NCBI RefSeq assembly: GCF_000143415.4
Contig: NW_003314300.1
Coordinates: 228,908-292,907, forward strand
DNA: 64,000 nucleotides
Direction: 5' to 3'
Source: Selaginella moellendorffii
Lineage: Eukaryota > Plantae > Lycopodiophyta
Under the pieces are notes generated by a model, which was not told the DNA's origin, did not search any database, and saw nothing but the letters and a program-made list of their open reading frames with translations. Position numbers and translations under genes: made by a program. Positions 57,960-64,000 of the stretch are shown here, piece after piece (position 1 is the stretch's first letter; each line of letters starts with the position of its first letter).

Positions 57960-59532
57960 TATTTGTCTGTATCACATTTTCATTTAGAAAGGAAAAAATG
58001 TTATTTATTTTTAAAACATTTCCTACCAGTGATTGATTTGAAACTCAAAATATACAGATGTTTATGGTAATGAAGGTCATTTTATTTATATAAATGGCTT
58101 CTTATTTTAAGATTTTGGGTGTTATGTTTTATTTATTGGAGTTCTTTTACTAAAGTCAAAATGTAGGTAATGTATTAATACTGTAAATATTTTTGGCGAG
58201 AATTTACATATCCAAGATAAATAAAATTTACATATATACTTTTAGAGTTTATTGTTGATATTTGTAACATTATATTAACTTTTTTTCATTTCAGCTTGAA
58301 CAAACATTTTTAATGAAAAAAGTAAAAATTATACTAGTGCATGTACTAAACTATTTAATATGAATAACACTTTTTATTGTTACTTTCAGCTATCTCCATA
58401 TAAATAAAGTTATAACACAAAGGAAGGTCCCTTTTTATCCAGCACCATTAAAATGAAATTTTTTCAAAATTGACCCTTCTTTTATTGTTAAAAATAATAA
58501 TTTAAAAAATATTTATTAAAACTTATTTATAGAATATGAACAATTATTAATAGCAACTTCAAAGATTATATATTGTTATATAGTTATATTATTAATTATA
58601 TAAATAACTATATATTATCTTGGTTTTTTAATGGAAAACTTTCATTAGTAACACAATTAATTTTAGATTTATGTACATACTTTAAATATATTTTTACTAT
58701 TTTTATTATATCTTAATAAAATAAAATTAATTATTATATTATTAGTATGAGTGGCTTTGCTAGATTTTTTAAACACCTTAGGCAACAATTTTATCAAGTT
58801 AAATTTAGAAAATCAAATGAGACTAAAATTTGCTTATTAATCAATTTTATTTTATACTAGTTTTTAAGATTTTATTTATCAATTAAATTTCTTGAATATT
58901 TTAACATATATAAGTTAAAATAAATAATTGATTTAGAGGTATTTATAATTTTTAATTTATTGGCTACTTTTATATGTTTACCAACTCTAGCGTCTGCCTT
59001 AATGGAATATGTTTACATTGGATATATCATCAGAATATTTCGCTAAAGGTATATTCAAATAAACTTGTATCAAGTTATATATATTCTACTTATATAATAA
59101 ATTTAAATTCAACCAAAATTAAAAGTATTAAACTTGTATTTTCTTTAATTTCTTCTAATACTTCAATGCATTATGATAATTTTGTAAGGAATTTAAATTT
59201 TAATCTAAATTCTACTGAATAAGATTTTTATTTTATTAATTTAGTTTTGCTTTAACCATTTTTAGTTACAAAAAGTAATATATAATTATTTAACAATATG
59301 CATGATAAACAGCTTACCGCTCCAAGAATGGAGGAATCACAGATAGAGGCAACTCACAACAATTTGGTATTTCAATCTAATGACCACTTCTGAGCTCCAG
59401 CTTTAGTTTTAGCCTTCCCAGATCTTCATGGCCTCCAGCGAACTCAAGCGTTAATCTCCCTGACTGTCTGGAAAAATTATAAGAAGAAGCTCTATTACCG
59501 CTTACCTGATGGTTTCTTCACTCAAAACCTTA

Positions 59533-60306
59533 CTAGCGGGTTTTAACCCGGGAGAATTTCACTTTGTTGGCTTTCTTCTCTTTCTTCTTTCTGGCTTTTT
59601 CATCCTCGCCAGCGTCCTGTGAAATCAAAGCGCCCTCGTCAAGAAAAGAAAGCAAAAAGAAGGAGCTCAAATACCTGTGGCGAGCTTTGGAAGACAAATG
59701 GGTACAAAACGAGCTGCCACAGCTTGTAAAGAGCGAACAGAGGGATCTACACAAGACCACCATGAAAAAGAAAGAAAGAAAAGATCAAACAGAGTTCTCA
59801 CCACCCAGTAGAGGTACCAAAAGTAATCGGAGAAAACGCTGGAAACCTGGACAAAGCTCGTGATGTAGATGATATCGTGAAGATAGCTGCGAGACAAAAT
59901 CACGAAAGAAGAATGGAAGGATCGGTGATCTCAAATTGTAGAAACAAAGAAGAAGAAACAAAGAAGAAAAAACCTGCAAAGTCCTCCAGTGGACATGTCA
60001 AAGCCGCCATCGATGAGATCGCCGCGCTCGTCAAAGGAAGGCTGGGCCATCTTCTGGAGCTGCGAATACGAGAGCTTGTACGCGGCCGAGGAGAGCAGCA
60101 GCCGGAAGAAATGCCTCCACGACACGGAGGAGCGAAGGAGCAAAATCCTCACTAGAATGTGAATGGCCTGGAAATCCCCACGGAGAGATCAAACTCGCGC
60201 ATCGATGGATCGATTAGCTTACATTTGAGACAAGGATGAGGTTCCGCAGCCACTGGATGTGCTTCTCGTTCTCCTCCTTGCGCTTCTTCGCGCCCTGGTT
60301 CGCCAT
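59533..60306 (-). CDS. TMEM208: TMEM208/SND2 (DUF788) ER-targeting membrane protein, multi-exon
   Basis: MANQGAKKRKEEN start, 'MAQPSFDERGDLIDGGFDMSTGG', 'YLHDIIYITSFVQ', basic C-terminus KARKKKEKKA...KTR*. Confidence 0.9.
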
Positions 60307-60318
60307 TCCTTCCCCCAA

Positions 60319-60327
60319 AAACCCTAA
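60319..60327 (+). promoter_or_regulatory. Telo-box in a bidirectional promoter
   Basis: AAACCCTAA plus a near copy (GAACCCTAA) in the 66-bp gap between TMEM208 and mL54. Confidence 0.55.
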
Positions 60328-60372
60328 TCTCAAGAACCCTAAAAACAGAGCACCTAGGGTTCTTCGAAGAGG

Positions 60373-60765
60373 ATGGTCTTGACGCAGGCGATCGGTGGCG
60401 CTGGAGCTCGATCCAGGGCACTGCAATGCGCATTTCGATTGCGCGCCGCCCCCGCGGCTGGCAGTGGCGGCAAGAAGAAAGGGCGAGGAGGGCCATCGGC
60501 GCCCACAGGGCCGACGGTTCCCATGGAGCAAAGGGTCAATGTGGTGCTTGGCGCAAACATCTTCAAGGAAGGTAGCGATCCTCCCATCCAGGCCGATAGC
60601 GAGTATCCCGACTGGCTGTGGACGCTGGACAAGCCACTGCCGCCGCTCAGCGATCTCAAGCGCAGGGATTTCAAGTCGCTCAAGCTCCAGGAGCTCAAGC
60701 GCCTCGTCAAGCTCGACAATCGCCAGAGGATCAAAGACTCCAACGCTCTCAAGAAGAAGAAGTAG
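60373..60765 (+). CDS. MRPL54: Mitochondrial ribosomal protein mL54 (yeast L37 family)
   Basis: GANIFKEGSDPPIQADSEYPDWLWTL...LKRLVKLDNRQRIKDSN, with a basic presequence-like N-terminus. Confidence 0.85.
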   Translation: MVLTQAIGGAGARSRALQCAFRLRAAPAAGSGGKKKGRGGPSAPTGPTVPMEQRVNVVLGANIFKEGSDPPIQADSEYPDWLWTLDKPLPPLSDLKRRDFKSLKLQELKRLVKLDNRQRIKDSNALKKKK

Positions 60766-60959
60766 CACAGCGATCATCCTGTAAGCTTCCCATCTCTTCT
60801 TCTCAATCCTTTCAAAACAAGGAAGAGCTTCCCATATCCTTTGGAAGAACTTTCCATCTCTTTTTTTTCTTCTCGATCGAGTCAAAACAAGGAAGAACTT
60901 CCCATCTCTTCTTTTTCTTCACGGTCCTTTCAAAGAAGGAAGAACTTGGGCTTGTTCTT

Positions 60960-61930
60960 TCAGTGCTTCCTGGTGTGTCTTCCCAGCCAACTAGACATTT
61001 GGCCCAGAGTTACCAGATTCTTCACGATCATCCTCGCTCGAGCGATCATCTGTCTCACGTTCCTTGCTCTCTCGGCTACCAATGGCTGGACCACGGTTTG
61101 GACTGGCACTGCCGCTCGCGTTTGTGCCTGCCACATCGCTACACACATAACGAGTTGGAATGAAAGGAAGAAGAAGGGATGGTTTCTTTACCTGCGGATG
61201 CTAAGCTGCTTGCTCGTCGTAGTCCATCTTCGGCTGCTCGGACTGCTTGTGTCGATCGTCTTACACCGGCTGTTATTTCTTGCCTGAGGAGGGAGAAAGA
61301 GAAAAGCTTGTTTTCGGAGATGGATATGGTGAATTTAAACTGCTTACCCGAGGTCGCTGAGTTCCATGGTGAGATCGCTAATCTCCATGCCCGACAGTCT
61401 CACGGCAGCCATAGTTCCCGGAAGCTCTTCGCGAGTCGTTTTTGCAAGTTTTTCCATGGCTTCAGCTGCTTTCTTGATTGCCTGAGTAGTGATTGAGAAC
61501 AACGTGAGCAAAACAGACAAAACGAAGACTAGGTGATGATTCTCACCAGTAGCGTTGGTATGGCGGCTAAGATAATGCCGCAGAGAGCGGCCATTATCTA
61601 CAAAATCCAAGGTCAGGAAAGGAAAAGAAGGAAAGAAAGAGAACTGACCACGGATGCCATGATGCCGAGAAATACCAAGTGCTGTTCAGTCATTCTCCAT
61701 GATGAGGAGCTCTCTGGAAATGTTCTAGCCACATCGGTGCCAACTACTAGACCCACAGTTTTCGTCTCGGTTGTTTCCGAAAGATCTTTGCTAGTTGATA
61801 GAGCCGGCCTCCTGGAATTTTGTTTCCCGGCGCAATTGAGCTTCGCCCATTTGCCTGGAGCTTCAAGAAAAAGCGGCCTGTGTGTACCTTTGGAGAAAGC
61901 GAGGCCGGAGGCTTGATGAGACGCTAACAT
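60960..61930 (-). CDS. Plastid-type membrane protein of the 'REELPGTMAAVRLSGMEISDLTMEL' family, multi-exon
   Basis: Transit-peptide-like N-terminus, hydrophobic segment, and conserved AIKKAAEAMEKLAKTTREELPGTMAAVRLSGMEISDLTMELSDLG. The 3' boundary is approximate. Confidence 0.7.
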
Positions 61931-62018
61931 CTTCAGGCTCAACCCTATCAAAACAAGAACAAAATTCCTTTTTTTTCAGCAACCTTGGGACTTCACAAAA
62001 CTATTCTTTCACCTGGAG

Positions 62019-64000
62019 TTAGAGATGACAGGATCCCAGCAAAAGGTCGAACATGGCGTTGGGTGTAAGAAGTGTGGTTCCTCCCATCAACAATTCATCG
62101 AAATCTCCCTGCAAGGCTCTCGCCTCCCGCACCTGGAAAACAATATCATTTCTTGCAACGATTCTACTCCGATGATACCTCGACGGCGTTGAAGCCCCCG
62201 ATTACAAAAACAAGCAGAACTTTGTGGTCGGAAAGCTTGTGTTTTGCCTGAAAAGAGACAATGTTAGAACGCTTTCAAGACTGTTAGTCATTGCTACCTG
62301 TCCAAGCCCGAACCTTCCCAGTCCACTTTTGAGAAAGCGTCCCACTGTGGAGGAGTGGTGTTTCAATCCGGGGATGTCACTGTTCGACAACACCAGCGAC
62401 AGAAGCTCGTTGATTACTCCCCGATGAGTTCCAAGGAGGCGTGTCTCCCTCAGTGGATAATGCGTTCTCGCTGCAGCAACTCTGTGTAGAGCATTGAATA
62501 GTTCTTGGATCCTGTCGTTTAACTCCAGCTTCAACTGCATCTGTGAATATTCTTGCTGATCGTTGTCTTCCCAACTCTCCCATTGATCTTCGGACCAGTC
62601 ATCGGGACTGGAAATCTGATTTTGAGCCTTGGTCTTTTCCTTTTCCCAGTGCATTTCAAGTGCATTCTCCAAGCCTTTCAAGAAGTCCAGCGACGGTTCC
62701 GCTGGACCTTTGAGAATCGCATCCGTTACTGCTTCCTTTAAGCTACGTTCTTCCTCCCAAGAGAATGGACCACCTTCCTTCGTACTATATTCTCCAGCGA
62801 GCGCGTATCCCACAATGAGTATGGTCAAGGCGTCCCTCAGAGATAGCACGCTGTGATCCGAGGTACTTTGCCTGATTAGATCTTCGAGCTGAGAAGCAAG
62901 AGTTTCAATCCCATCTGCAGCACTGATACCGAGTACCCTCTCAGCACTTGCAAATGCCTCCCACTGTGTAACTCGTGCTGCCGTGGTTACTTCCGCAGCA
63001 GCCTTTCCCAGTTGAACAAGACCCGCTTGTTTCAAACCAGCTGAACTGTTGAACAAGGTGGTAGCCAACGAGAAAAGCTCCTTGGAGTTCGTAACCAAAC
63101 GCGATTTTCCCGACACTTCAACCTCTTCCTGCCTTAAGATATCCTGGATCCAGTTTCTGACGAGTAGAGCACCGTCCTTTGCTCTCTTCTCGAATAGTAT
63201 GTCCAGTCGATTCACTCCCTGGAAGTCCCACGCTGTGCAAAGTGAACCAGCAATTTCATAAGTTGTCTCGTCACTGGTTTCAAGGACGAAGGACTTTTCT
63301 TCCTCTAATGTCGGTATTCGAACGTCCATTGATGGCCTTTTGACGGAAGCAGTGCTTTCTTGGTGTGTCTGACGGGGAAGAAACGAATAGATCTTGTCAA
63401 CCAACGAATCTCCATGGCTGGCGGGTGTTATAAGATCGAGAGAACGGTCCAACAGCAGCAGGCCAGCAGTCTTTTTAGCTCGTCCGAAGCCATCACCAGA
63501 GATCTCCGTCAGCTGCTTGCCAACCAGATGTGCCAGTGGACCCAAGCTGAAGATGTCGAACTTCAGATCGAGCTGCAAAAGAAAGAAAAGTTCACAAGAG
63601 AAAACTGAAGAGAAGAGCCTTGAAGTACCTGTCCAGCGAGATCATGGAGAAAATGCGCGTGAAGTGTAGCTCCGGCAGGAGGGAGCTCATCCTCGTCCCA
63701 AGCCAAACCATTGTCGTAAGCTGGTAGTCCGGCACTTAGAAACGAAACCTCTCTTTTGGAGCTGAGAGGAGCCGTGGCAAACGCTGCGGAGGAAGGAAAC
63801 ACGAACACTCTCGGAGTTACTGCGCAGCACAGCATCGGCAAGTGCTTCACAGTAACAGAAGGACCGCTTGAATTCTCAAGCCTCTCCTCGGGAGTGAGAG
63901 CTTTGAGAACATCTTGGAGCAAGAGGTCTTTGTACTCGGTGAAAGCATCGGTTCCCAGCGGAGTATCTCCACAGTTCGAGTGAGCATCCTGCGAGGGACG
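62019..64000 (-). CDS. Sec1/Munc18-family domain protein (MIP3/SCFD2-like), 3' part; continues beyond the window
   Basis: LLLLDRSLDLITPASHGDSLVD, GPFSWEEE..LKEA, HHSSTVGRFLKSGLGRFGLGQ, VFVIGGFN..EV and C-terminal GGTTLLTP..MF.LLLG. Confidence 0.85.

Overview
Compact, intron-rich plant nuclear DNA. The 50-80 nt introns, short spacers and many intronless SS-type PPR-E genes point to the lycophyte Selaginella (inference). From left to right: plastid rpl35 convergent with a PPR gene; a 12.5-kb nested Ty3/gypsy pair; a purple acid phosphatase; two head-to-head PPR genes; a duplicated block of F-box remnant, beta-propeller gene and PPR, whose left copy is truncated by a restriction-endonuclease-fold + kinase (Crinkler/CR-like) ORF; a decayed Ty1/copia; a degenerate LTR carrying two hAT transposons inside a tandem duplication; a tightly packed PPR-PPR-propeller trio; a class IV HD-ZIP gene with paired 3'UTR motifs; then NusG/pTAC13-like, TMEM208, mL54, a plastid-type membrane protein and the 3' part of a MIP3/SCFD2-like gene. 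The most striking observation is in the inner LTR chromovirus. Its integrase is interrupted by two short GT-AG introns, and removing them restores a 1557-aa Gag-Pol with the catalytic Glu and the chromodomain. Its 3'UTR carries a dense structured region with two tRNA-type T-loop hairpins. The outer element has a GGGAAAC -1 frameshift site followed by an H-type pseudoknot, 174-bp LTRs and a 4-bp TSD. All calls were made by eye with no database searches.
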